In this document: positions 12,208-22,820 of the stretch, piece by piece
Layout: the number at the start of each line of letters is the position of its first letter
Numbering within the stretch: the stretch's first letter is position 1
Origin: Lepidodermella squamata
Taxonomy: Eukaryota; Animalia; Gastrotricha
Reading direction: 5' to 3'
Length of the DNA stretch: 64,000 nucleotides
Assembly: GCA_047495785.1 (NCBI GenBank)
Contig: JBLDXI010000017.1
Coordinates: forward strand, 3,782,001-3,846,000
Program-made: the position numbers and the translations under genes
The notes under the pieces: generated by a model
The model's database searches: none
The model's input: only the letters and a program-made list of their open reading frames with translations
Told to the model about the DNA's origin: nothing

Positions 12208-12306
12208 GTTACCTCAGGGATCGTAGAGCCGACTGCGGTTTAAGTGATACCACAGCCTCCCCGTGGCGGTAACGGGCAACGTATTAATAAGGCAAATGTG
12301 GGTCGC
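12208..12306 (+). ncRNA. HDV-like (delta-like) self-cleaving ribozyme, predicted cleavage 5' of G12208
   Basis: Nested double pseudoknot: P1 GTTACC(12208-13)/GGTAAC(12268-73); P2 GTGAT-A-CCACA(12244-54)/TGTGGGTCGC(12297-306); P3 GCC(12255-57)/GGC(12265-67). L3 is TCCCCGT with the U..G pair, and its CC pairs with GG(12274-75) as P1.1. Then a GCA linker, a short P4, and J4/2 G-C-A-A-A with the catalytic C at 12293. Confidence 0.8.
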
Positions 12307-13649
12307 GTAACGACAAGTTCCCATAAAGGTGGGCTCTTTATGGGTGAAATTTCCTTCGGGGAATTTCAGTGCGTTTATCGCATGTAAAATTCATACCTAG
12401 GGAAGCCTCCACGCGTCGGCTGGTTTACAGTCACTTGAGAGAAATTTTCAGGTTCGGTCTCGGTATACAAACGTCCGTCATCTCTTGCCTTGTCGGGGCC
12501 CCTGTGCTTAAGATGTTCACAACATCTATCTGACTATCTGACTCACCTTCGGGTGTTTCTACCTGTTCCTCACCTAAGAAGTGGGATTTTCCCAGTTAGA
12601 AGAATTATACTGGTCATTTGCCACCTTAAAGGTGACTTGAAAAAGTTAATAAAAGTTTTTGGACTGCGCTAACCATGGCATATTATCGCGATCAAGCGAA
12701 ATAATGATTGAAACGAGCAAACATAATGCCTTGGCATACACGATCTGAAATATCTGGTAACGCGCATATAGAGATGCGTGTACAGACACGTCAGCTAAAC
12801 GGTAAAGAAATAAGAGAATGACTGAGTCTGTTTCTTTGACATCCAGAATTTAGCGGTGCTTTCGCGCTCATTGTTTGCTACAAGCGTTTACTCAAGCGCC
12901 ACATTATTACTGCGGGGGCACGTACAGAATACTAAGCATATTTATGATGAATCTCCACCCTGCCCAGAATACCAATATTACTTTGCTTCTGGACGCAGCG
13001 CGGTTCATTGTTATCAATATTTCCATCACTGCAGGCCATTCTGTTTTTTAGCCATTAGCTCGGTGCATTGAAGTGGATGTCTATCAGAACTCAAGATAAC
13101 GTCTAAATAGCTACGAAACAATATTGGGGATCCTGGAACGTCAGACTTCGAAAATACTTTTTAATATTTTCGCACCGGAGGGCAAAGGAGTCAATATGCG
13201 AGTAGCGAACTGCATGAACATAACATCATATTTATTTTTTTCTCAGCCACCACTGCCATTATAGGTATGTGTTGCGGATAGCGCATTGCTGTTAGCTTGT
13301 AACTGTACGTATGTGCTATTTCTCGAATTTTCACTGAAAAAACCCTTCTACGCATCTTTTTGGTGAAAACATCTTTAGTGAGTCACTCCTGCTTGCAGGC
13401 GAACTTTCAGAGAAACATGTCTTTCACGCCAGTATACACGTCAGCAGATATCGCCAACAGCTGCGACTCCGTTGCCTGAATTCTGACTATGGCCGCTGTG
13501 ATTCGCTGTGCATCCGGGTCCGGCGTCTGGAGGAATGTTATTGAGGTTAGCAGTGACCAAGTTGCAAATTTGTTGAGGAACCAATTCATGTTCAATTATC
13601 ACTTACTACCGGCTCTAACTGCTGATGATTAACGCATAATGGCGTAAAT

Positions 13650-14300
13650 GCAAAAGCGAGAAGTAAAGCTCTGCATGATGCAAATTTAGGGGTAGCTGAG
13701 GTTCCGAGACCAGTGACTCGGGTCAACAATTTCTCCACTCAGGACTCAGGACTACCCAACAGCCAGGTTATCCAGTCAGATGAGCGCCTATTCCACTGGC
13801 TGTTCATAGACTGGTTTTACGATCTCGAAAGAGAATAGTGAGCCATGCCGAGTGGGCTTGCTTAAGGCTTCCGCCGAGGCATCTTGAAACGGAGAGGTAG
13901 GTTTCGCGCTATGGATCCGGTAAAAGGCTATTAGCATCTGGTGGCTAAGATTCCCACCCAGGCAGAGGACCGCCCGGGCCTGTGATACACTAAAACTGCG
14001 GCTTCTTTTCAAAGGCTGCAGTTTCTTCTGTATACAGCATATTCTCAAGAATTGAAGCTTCTTGTCGATCAAAACTCCGAGGTATTTGACAGGGTCGTGC
14101 CATTCGAGGTCACATCCATCTATACCTAGTTGAGTTTCAGACGGCGGAGCCTTATTGTTCGGTTTGAGATCCACAGGCCTTGGCTTTTGCGTGACCGACC
14201 GGCTTTCAGTTTTCAACGACTGAAATAATCTGAGACTTTCTCCAGGCATTCATTCAGCTGGCGTTTTGGAGCAAGGGCCACATCGTAGCGACGTTGAATA
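13650..14300 (-). mobile_element. Degenerate non-LTR retrotransposon (Jockey/I-group-like) RT C-terminus and 3' UTR
   Basis: LEWHDPVKYLGVLIDKKLQF motif, with YDVAL just upstream. A stem-loop GGGTAG...CTACCC lies at ~13690-13758. Boundaries are approximate. Confidence 0.65.
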
Positions 14301-14499
14301 ACTCGGATTTAGGCCTGCTTACTTCCATTTCAAGGTGATAGGTGACAAGTAAAAAGTCTTTTTGGTTTTGCCTTTTCATTCACGTTGAAAAAAACCGCTT
14401 TTTACTTGTCACCCGTGACATTGAAACGGATGTAAACAAGCCTAAATCCGAGTTTTTCAACGCCGCTAACGACATCTTCGACGATGAAATATTTGGTAT

Positions 14500-15000
14500 T
14501 GTGTAAACTAGTTCGCGCATGGTTTGCGACCCATGCTGTGGCCATGTCGAGAAAGCCGGAGGGCAGCATGTTGTACATTTTCTTCGCCTTCGTTCAGACC
14601 TGTAGTTGCCAGTCGGGCGATTCGATGGGGGTGATCCTCGACAGAATCGATTTTGTCGATTTTGGAATGCGGGGATTGGCACAGCGGCATGATTTCGCGC
14701 TCAAGCATTTCCGCAACACGTTTTTACCACAATGGCCACAATGGCCACACGGAGCTTGCCACGCGTTTTGGAGGTGATCTGCGAAGATCTTTGCAATGCC
14801 AGGATACGCGTAGGTCTCGAGGCCATTTTCATTCTTAGTGATCGATGGGCACTGGCTTGTATTCGAGGCGGTAGAGTTGCTTGCAAGGTTGTTGAACTCT
14901 TTCCAAAAGAGTCTCGCCTTATCGTGGAGCATTTTCGATAGCTTGGTAGATCTACGTTGAATCTCTCCTTCGTGATAAGAGCCTTGACCTTTTTGCTGGC
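14500..15000 (-). mobile_element. LINE family A fragment (endonuclease-RT linker)
   Basis: KMLHDKARLFWKEFNNLASN...AKIFADHL is homologous to segments at 20260-20620 (+) and 25000-25400 (-). Confidence 0.65.
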
Positions 15001-15439
15001 CGCGTTGTATCGGTTTCGCGAAAGGTCTGTGCCGAGCGCCTGAAATCACAGAGTTTTCGATCATGCGACGGGATATCAGCATGTGTGCCAAAGTCGGACA
15101 CGCTAACCAACCGCTAACCAACCCCCTGGTCCGGCGTTTGTGTCCTACCTAACCCTTCTTGTAAGCATCTTGTCTCATCAATGCTGTTTCAAGCCGGGTG
15201 GCCGTATCGCTGGCAATTGAAGCATTCAGTTGAACCACATCTGGTTGCTTGGCCACAAGCCAACGGAATCTTAACATAAATGGCTTGCAGAACAGGCCGC
15301 TTTTCCCACAGTGTTTAGCAAGCAGCAAGATCGTAGTCGTTCAGTACGGACATAGCTTGTTCGCCACCTAGTCATCTTGTCGCCGAAGGCAGTCTTGGTT
15401 TGAGTTTTCGATACCCATATCAACATTCTTCACTATTCC

Positions 15440-15531
15440 GTAGGATGAAATATGCTAATGAGCTGTTTTCATTGTGATACGTCACGCACTGAACAATGAA
15501 AAGTGCTCATTAGCATATTATTTCGTCCTAC
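15440..15531. other. ~92-nt near-perfect hairpin
   Basis: GTAGGATGAAAT-ATGCTAATGAGC-TG-TTTTCATTGT / loop / ACAATGAAAA-GT-GCTCATTAGCAT-ATT-ATTTCGTCCTAC. Confidence 0.7.
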
Positions 15532-16611
15532 ATCCTACAGAGGTACTGTTGAATCCTAGGGTGGATTATCTGCTTATCAATCGGTAATGGGAGCACATGA
15601 CCCATAGATAAAGGTTAAAGGTTTCACATCTTAACATTTATCTATGACATGACCTATTGGTTGCGTTCTCTGAAGGTCAGTGGTTGGCCTCGTGTGTATC
15701 TGAGCAGAGTCCTATACTTACTCCTATACTGCCCCGGCTGAGTGGCAGCGATCGTCGATCTTTCTAGAAGGACGTATTCCTGGGTAATCCACGATTTTCA
15801 CTCCTGAATTATGAGTTCATGTGCAGTTGAATGCGTTGAATGCGAATCTCAGCCAACTAAAGTCAGATAGCCTATCCCGACTACAGCCAACGACGACTCA
15901 ACCAAATCTCAGCATAATGAAATATCAATCAACCTGTTTGAATAATGTGATTTGATTCGCAATAAGCAAGCGCTAAAAACTTGTAACTACCGTGGTTTTG
16001 AATTGGCTTTTGCAGGCGTTTTCAAGAAACAAGGAAGCGTGACGGAGGGGACCGGACGAGGAACCTTGACCGGATTATAGTGTATCAAGTGTTAATAATT
16101 CAATTTATAGAAAAAATTCAATCTTTATTCATTATTCAGCGATGATTAGGAATTTATAAGCATAAATTGCTGGAAATAGAACATCGACTATTTTCGCAAG
16201 CACCTAACATTTAGCAACAGCTTTTCGTTGCTACGAATCGGTGCATTCTTCCGATTCGAAAAGCTCGTTTGTTGCTATATAAAAGGTCGTTAACGTAAGC
16301 GACGTATTATCGAAGGCAACCTTATGCTAAGACGATAACGTTCTTAGATGATTAATACATTCCGGAGCTAACAATCCGATGGATGAGAGACGGCACAGGA
16401 AACTCAATTACGTATTTTCTAGACTTAGTCCTAGTTTTGGAAAATAATGATATCCTATAGCGTTCTACCAAGGGCATAACTAATATCAGTCTTTTTCTAT
16501 GCCGTCTCTCAAGTGGTAAACAAGCAAAATATTCAGCATTAATAGGACAATTCATTGAATTCATTGTTTGTGAATAGGCAGTTGTTCAGGCACGTTTGTT
16601 TCTGAATTGGG

Positions 16612-18314
16612 TTATTTCGAAGTCATCATCGCGACGAATTCTAACAGGAGCAGCTTAATTTGTGCACTTTATTTGACTCAAATTCAAGAAGTTTACCTTC
16701 GTAGTTGACTTGTCCATCTCCATCAATATCAGCTTCCCTAATCATCTGGAAGACAAAATTACAACAGATATAAGAACAGAGTTTAAGAGCATTGCCTATC
16801 GATTGCAAAAAAGCACACTTAGCACAAACTATTCGTCTCAGGAATGAGGGTTACACGCCAAAGTAAACAGTCAGATAATTTTAGCGCCGATAGCGCATGA
16901 ATAGAGCCACAAATACTTATGATTCCATTGGAAACCCTCAGACGGAGAATTGCTCCTGCACTTGAGGGCCAGTGAGAACCAATGTAATCTATCGCCCTCA
17001 GACTATTACTCACGCCGTAATACACGAAGTTTGGGAGGTACAAATCTTATTATGACAAATTAATCAGAAAGGTAGTCTGACCTCATCAACTTCATCGTCT
17101 GTCAGCTTCTCGCCAAGATTGGTCATCACTGCAAAAGCAGAAAATATGAAATCAGTGACCTGAAATAAATAATAATAAGGGATCTGATTCTTATCTCTTT
17201 GAAAAATTGGTATACGCCATAAAAGCGCGCTATTTATGGTTAATTTAGTGCTTCGATTTCATATATAAATTATAGCCTATATGTAATATTTTTGGGATCC
17301 TTAATTTTTTAATATGTGAAAAGGGTAAATTGCGCGGTAACGTTCAAATGCTGTATAGTGCAAAAACAGGTTAGGAATGCTACATAAGACGGAAAAGACT
17401 CGATACCATGTCTCAGCTCAGAGGACGAAATGAAACCGTTGCCGTCTTTGTCGAAGACTCGGAAAGCCTAAAATAAGGTTATAAATAATTTGGTTCATTT
17501 CTGGCTTATTCGAAAACGCTAGCGACGCCATATAACATTCCATTTGACGGTAAGTATTTTACCGCAAGGCGAATAACAAGAATGCTTCTCGTAACAACGC
17601 TTTAGTATGTAACAACGAATTGTGTGCCAGCTAAGCCGATTACGGTATAATGTTTACCGCACAAGAGAACGGCAGCAGGATGAATTTACCGTCAAATGAA
17701 ACGTTACGCCGCGTCACTGGCGAACCCTTTACCTCCCGTATCTCCTCCTCTGTATCAGTGTCTTTCATCTTTTTTGCCATCATTGTCAGAAATTCAGAAA
17801 AATCGATTGTGCCATTTCCTGTCAAACATAGTCTTAAATACTTGCACTTCAAGCTTTTAGGGATAGGGCAACCATCTGCGTCGACTTCATTGATCATATC
17901 CTAAAAGCAGAAAACAATAAAAATGGCCTCACGCGCATCACCTCAACTCACTTGAAGCTCAGATTCCGTAGGATTTTGCCCTGTGAATGCATTCCTCGAT
18001 GAATCCTCTTTACAGATTATAAAAGTTATAAGTACCTAAGGACCGCATTACTGTCGCTAGCTCTTTCGTTGTTATAGTGCCATCACCATCTTCGAGCAAG
18101 CAATTCATTCAGTAATAATGGCAATGATTGTTTCTACCGACCTTTGTCAAACAGCGAGAAGGCCTCGCGGAATTCTTCGAATTAGAGCAGTTGAAAGAAT
18201 TGTTATTTGGCGAATACATGAGCCTACCTGCTATTTGTTCCTCCGAGAGTTGGTCAGCCTAAGTTTAGCAAACATCCTGCTTTTTTGGGAAATCAACTCT
18301 AGAAGCCTTACCAT
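16612..18314 (-). CDS. CaM: Calmodulin, 149 aa, 11 exons (18314-18312, 18258-18228, 18174-18142, 18089-18036, 17980-17952, 17900-17873, 17818-17733, 17467-17407, 17128-17082, 16745-16697, 16640-16612)
   Basis: Spliced product [149 protein letters not shown]. Exon lengths sum to 450 nt and all introns are GT-AG. Confidence 0.97.
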
Positions 18315-19743
18315 TTGTTGCGTCGACTAAACTTCAGTCTCCAAGCTCAAGAAAATGCGCACTGAAAACACAAAGCTGCTACAAATGCTCTGAAAGAATT
18401 GCAGCGCAATTTAAAAAGGCGAAATCGCTCATCTGATGCTCAGATTTATTATTTAGATAGAGCTCGTAATATTTGTAAGCGACGTCAGCATTGCCGTCTT
18501 CTATCATAGGCCTGCTAAGTTGCGAGCGCAGAGTTTCCGATTTGTCTTCCCACTTTTAAATAAAAGCTTCGGCGCAAAGCTTCCGCGGCGAAAAAAACTA
18601 ATGCACGCGCCCTAATCTGCATCGATTGCACCTGACACTATCAGTAAACGATTAAAACGTGATCCATTGCATCAGGCGTATGTCTTCTCAACAGGATAAT
18701 TAGAACTTGTCGAAGAAGAACAACGCGGTAAACCAAGTAACGGCTAAAATGTAAATCGAAATAACGCAACCCAGTACACAGGAAATCGGCAGGTTTTTGT
18801 TCAAAAATTACCGAAAAATTCCCCACAGTATGCCCGCAGTTATCACAGCTAACCTAGCCGAACAGAAAGGTATGAGTGCGCGAAAATTATTTTACATTAT
18901 CCGGATGCATATCCTAATGATTATCGGCCTTTTAAGGCTTGCTGTGTCTGAAGGGCGAAGTTACCTTAATTTTAAGTTGATAACATTCAAAATTTCACTT
19001 CCCAATCACCAATTTTAAAAGACTACAGTTTGCAAACCATGTGGGATATCGATTATTTCAAATTCTTGATGCTAACATCGCAAAGTGATATTCCTCCAAA
19101 CGGCGATCTAAATTGAAATTTCGGTGCCCTGTCAAATTCGAATTAAGCTTTCCTGCCGTGAATGGGTTAAAACCCGAATGGCTGTACTAAAAGCAAAGAA
19201 TAGCGAATGGGCGCGCCTCTGGCGGCAGAAATTTATCACCACTGCTGGCGAAACCATACCCTTCTCGTGGACACTTGCGACATCCGCCTCTCCACCGCTG
19301 GATCCCAGTAAGTACAAAGTACAACATGCAACGTAAATGGTCAATGCAACGCAACTAAACTAACCTATCGTTCTTCCGACGACTCACATGGACGCAAGGG
19401 CTTTCTTTCCGATGGCGACGAACATCCTCTGTCGATGCGCTCCGATGCACTTCTGACGCATTTTTAGCCGTGTTCAGGGCGGCTTCTGGTTGTCTTACGG
19501 GGTAGATAGCGCCCAAAAGAGACGGACATATGGATTAATTAACGATGCACGTGGTGCCATACAATTTTCGGTGGTGGGCGACACGGGCAAAAAATGAATT
19601 TTCGGAAGAAAATTCTAATCCCTGCGTCCGAGAACAACAAAGATCCTGAAAATATGATGCTTTCGGCTTTTGCTATTGGACCCCGATACGCTCCGAAATC
19701 AAATATTGTAATTTTCGTCCATTTTGTAATTTTCGAGCGAGGT

Positions 19744-20183
19744 ACTTAACTGCCAAAACATCTTTTGTAACAAAACAATCGCTTGCTTGAAAAAAGACTG
19801 CTTCAAATGCTGGGAATCTTCTACCATCAAGTTGAGTTTGTGTTTGTGTTGAGTTTGTTTAGAATCGAAATTAGAGATTCCCAGCGGTTTCCATTAATGG
19901 ATTAGAGCCAAAAATCAGACCCAAGAATTGGACCTAATTATTAGACCCAGATTATGGCGCAACAATCGAAATTTCGACGTTATTTCACAGTCATTTTCAA
20001 AGACCCGCTCAGACCTTGTGGCCCCAAATTTGGTGTCAAGAGAACCGCCGGGTCATGGCCTACATTTTTCCGTCGGGCATTTTGCCCTACGACGCATCGT
20101 TGACCCCCATAAAAGGAATTTTGACAGATCCAGGATTTGGATCCAAATATCGGATCTCGCAGTCTATTTTGGCAGTTAAAGTG
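19744..20183. mobile_element. TTAA-target (piggyBac-like) MITE, copy 1
   Basis: Right end GGCAGTTAAAGTG|TTAA and left-end remnant TTAACTGCCAAAA. Positions 19900-20180 are homologous to 22530-22820. Confidence 0.65.
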
Positions 20184-20259
20184 TTAATAGAGTGGTGGAA
20201 ACCTTGAATCATTAATGATTAATGCAACAAATGCGACCACACCGAGATGTAATGCGAGC

Positions 20260-21120
20260 AAGCTCAAGGTTTGGCGCCTAACAGAGCCTAACAGCGGCGA
20301 TGAAAGGCTGCGGGCAAGGAAAGCGGTCGAGCGATTCGACACAGATGTTTCGCGAAGACTGTAAAAGCCTCAGATATCTTATCGCCAAGGAGAGAGCAAA
20401 GGGGTACCAACGAATATGTACGGAGATTTCAAAAATGCTTCATGATAAACCCCGAACCTTCAGAAAGGAATTCAACCGCCTTGCAAATAAATTGATAGCT
20501 TCGAATCAACGTCAATACCCACCAACACTAAAACATATACGGTCTCGAGACCTACGCGAATCCTGGCAAAGCAAAGATCTTTGCAGATCATCTGGAATAC
20601 GTCTGGCAAACTGGAGGCTTTAGATAGGGTCGAACGGAAGAGTTTTACCAGGTTCAATGTCGATACAGCAATCGTAAGTCGTAAGAACGACGGGGCGGAG
20701 GCTTCTTTTTCATCGAAAACGTCGCTGAATTCGCGGTATTTTTAGGGCAAATGCTATGCAGTTGGTGCGTTTCCAGTCTTCTTCTGAAGTTCTTCTTGAA
20801 TGCTGCCCAGGAGTAACCGACCTGCAGCCGTATTTTCTTGGCCATCACTTTGGAAGTGATGTTTGCATTAATTCGAGATGTAATGAATAGTGTTCTCATT
20901 CCAATTGATGTACGAGCTGTGAAGTTTCAGCCAAGGCATGCCGAGGACCGGGATAACTTTGTAATGGGGACTTTCGATAACATCGAATTTGATCAGCTCT
21001 TTGATACCAGCGAAATGCCTCGTTGGCGTTCGAATTTAGCAGCGATGAATTGCCTTCGGCGCCACAATCGACCATCGCGAGAGCAAATGTACCTTGGTCA
21101 GTTAGCGGTTCAACGATCAT
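20260..21120. mobile_element. LINE family A fragments in both orientations
   Basis: RYLIAKERAKGYQRICTEISKMLHDKPRTFRKEFNRLAN (+) matches 25240-25400 (-). The adjacent minus-strand part has decayed endonuclease-end character. Confidence 0.55.
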
Positions 21121-21374
21121 ACCTTGAATAACAAAAAGCTCAAATGAATAACAATCATCATCTTAAATTTTATTGTAATTTTATTGTAACCTTTTAGCAT
21201 TTTCGTGTTGATATTGTTGAAAATTAGAGCTGGCCTACGACGGCCTGACGCGTTCGGGCATCCAGCGCACAAGTGATCAGCACAGCCACAGTAGAAACTA
21301 AGACCCAGCATTGCTTAGAGGCGCCCTAGCAACTCTGCCGATCTCCATCGGAGCAGGCTCAGCGTCGCTGGTGT

Positions 21375-21745
21375 TCATTGCAGCTGAAACTTGATTCGCC
21401 AAGGGTTCCGTTGTAGAAGCACGGTAAGAAATTGCTGGTTGTCGATTCGGTGCACGTTGCTTTTCGGCACGCCGCTCGGACAGCCTAATACTCTGACCGA
21501 CCAGGCCAATCGAATCGATATTAGGCTAATATCGATTCGATTGGCCTGGTCGGTCAACGCCTTCAGAGTAGTGCATGGTTCGCTGTAAGCCAAAACATCC
21601 TTAATTTCGTCGTTCAAACCAAGTCGAAACTGGTGGCGCAAGGCCACATAATTAAAATCCAGATCCACGTTAATTTGATTGAATTCGGATGCATAGACCG
21701 ACCCTGGTCGATTTCCTTGAACATATGTTTTTCCGATGCAGAGCC
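21375..21745 (-). mobile_element. Ty3/gypsy-type gag remnant
   Basis: QGNRPGSVYASEFNQI...LRHQFRLGLNDEIKDVLA...TTLKALTDQANRID is a retrotransposon capsid signature. Confidence 0.7.
21494..21556. repeat. Perfect 63-bp palindrome (31-bp arms, 1-nt spacer)
   Basis: TGACCGACCAGGCCAATCGAATCGATATTAG-G-CTAATATCGATTCGATTGGCCTGGTCGGTCA. Confidence 0.95.
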
Positions 21746-21763
21746 GTAGCCTTTCGATCGGGA

Positions 21764-22250
21764 TCACCAAAGGCCGCGGCAAAACGAAGTTTGAAAGTTT
21801 TCCAAACATTCATATATCTTCATTTTTCTCGATGAACGGATACAGAGTCGCGAGCCGGTCCAGATAGAATACCGATTGAAGTAGTCAGAGACTTTTCTCA
21901 GTTCGGCGTTCATTCGAGCGATCGCCACGGCTGGCGTTTTGTGTTTGGCAGCTACGTCGTCTGCTAGGGCTACGTCGTCTGCGAACAAGCTGTTCATGAC
22001 GGTGGACGGTGCTGGGAATTTCGCGCGGCAAATCAGCGGTGTACAAAAGGGATAAGGACTACGACGGCTTTTTTTCCATTTTGATGGAACGTTGCTGAAT
22101 TTTATAAAGTATGCGCAAACTTTTTTTTGCCTCGCTTTTTTTGAATAACTCCCTAACCACAATGAATTTTTCAATGCGGTTTTCGCCAGTCGATAGATCT
22201 AGTCTGGGGTGATCTTTCCCTGAAGTTTCGTTAGAAAGGGGTTCGGGAGA
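21764..22250 (-). mobile_element. LINE RT remnant
   Basis: MNSLFADDVAL(ADDVA) motif, followed by ARMNAELRKVSDYF. Confidence 0.55.
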
Positions 22251-22321
22251 CAAAATTGATGACGAAAATGCTGCCCGCGACTTTTATTACAAATTCTCAT
22301 TTTTGAAAAATAACATTTTAA

Positions 22322-22820
22322 CACTTTAACTGCCAAAAATAGACTGCGAGGTCCGATATTTGGGTCTAATTCCTGGGTCTGTCAAAAAGTCATTTTTTTC
22401 GGGTCAACGATGCGTCGAGGGGCAAAATGCATGACGGCAAAGTGTAGGCCATGACCTGGCGGTTCTTTTGACACCAAATTTGGAGCCAAAGACATCAAGG
22501 AACGCACAGAAATCAAACTTGAAAAACAGTGAAATTTCGATTGTTGCGCCATAATCTGGGTCTAATAATTAGGTCCAATTCTTGGGTCTGATTTTTGGCT
22601 CTAATCCAAAATTTCGACGTTATTTCACTGTCATTTTCAATGACCTGCTGAGACCTTGTGGCCCCGAAATCGGTGTCAAAAGAACCGCCAGGTCATGGCC
22701 TACACTTTGCCGTCATGCATTTTGCCCCTCGACGCATCGTTGACCCGAAAAAAATGACTTTTTGACAGACCCAGGAATTAGACCCAAATATCGGACCTCG
22801 CAGTCTATTTTTGGCAGTTA
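22322..22820. mobile_element. TTAA-target (piggyBac-like) MITE, copy 2, with long TIRs; right terminus interrupted by the 910-bp element
   Basis: TTAA|CACTTTAACTGCCAAAAATAGACTGCGAGG...CCTCGCAGTCTATTTTTGGCAGTTA|. The missing terminal AAGTG|TTAA is found reverse-complemented at ~23755-23766. Confidence 0.8.

Noticed and set aside
12123-12344. TAACCCTAA (telomerase template-like) plus a P6.1-like AAGGTGGGCTC, suggesting telomerase RNA
   Set aside because: No U-rich/A-rich pseudoknot follows the template, a 9-mer is expected by chance at this scale, and the HDV fold explains the region better.
12384-12450. Second HDV-like core (GCC-TCCACGCGTC-GGC)
   Set aside because: L3 is too long, there is no P1.1 GG, and the would-be J4/2 has no catalytic C.
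12612-12640. Minus-strand GTCACCTTTAAGGTGGCAAATGACC, resembling the 3' half of an antisense HDV-like ribozyme
   Set aside because: No matching P1/P3/L3 upstream, even after circular joining at the AAGGTGAC repeat.
18640-19530. Possible small spliced gene on the minus strand upstream of calmodulin
   Set aside because: Some splice-like signals, but no consistent start-to-stop model or recognisable product.
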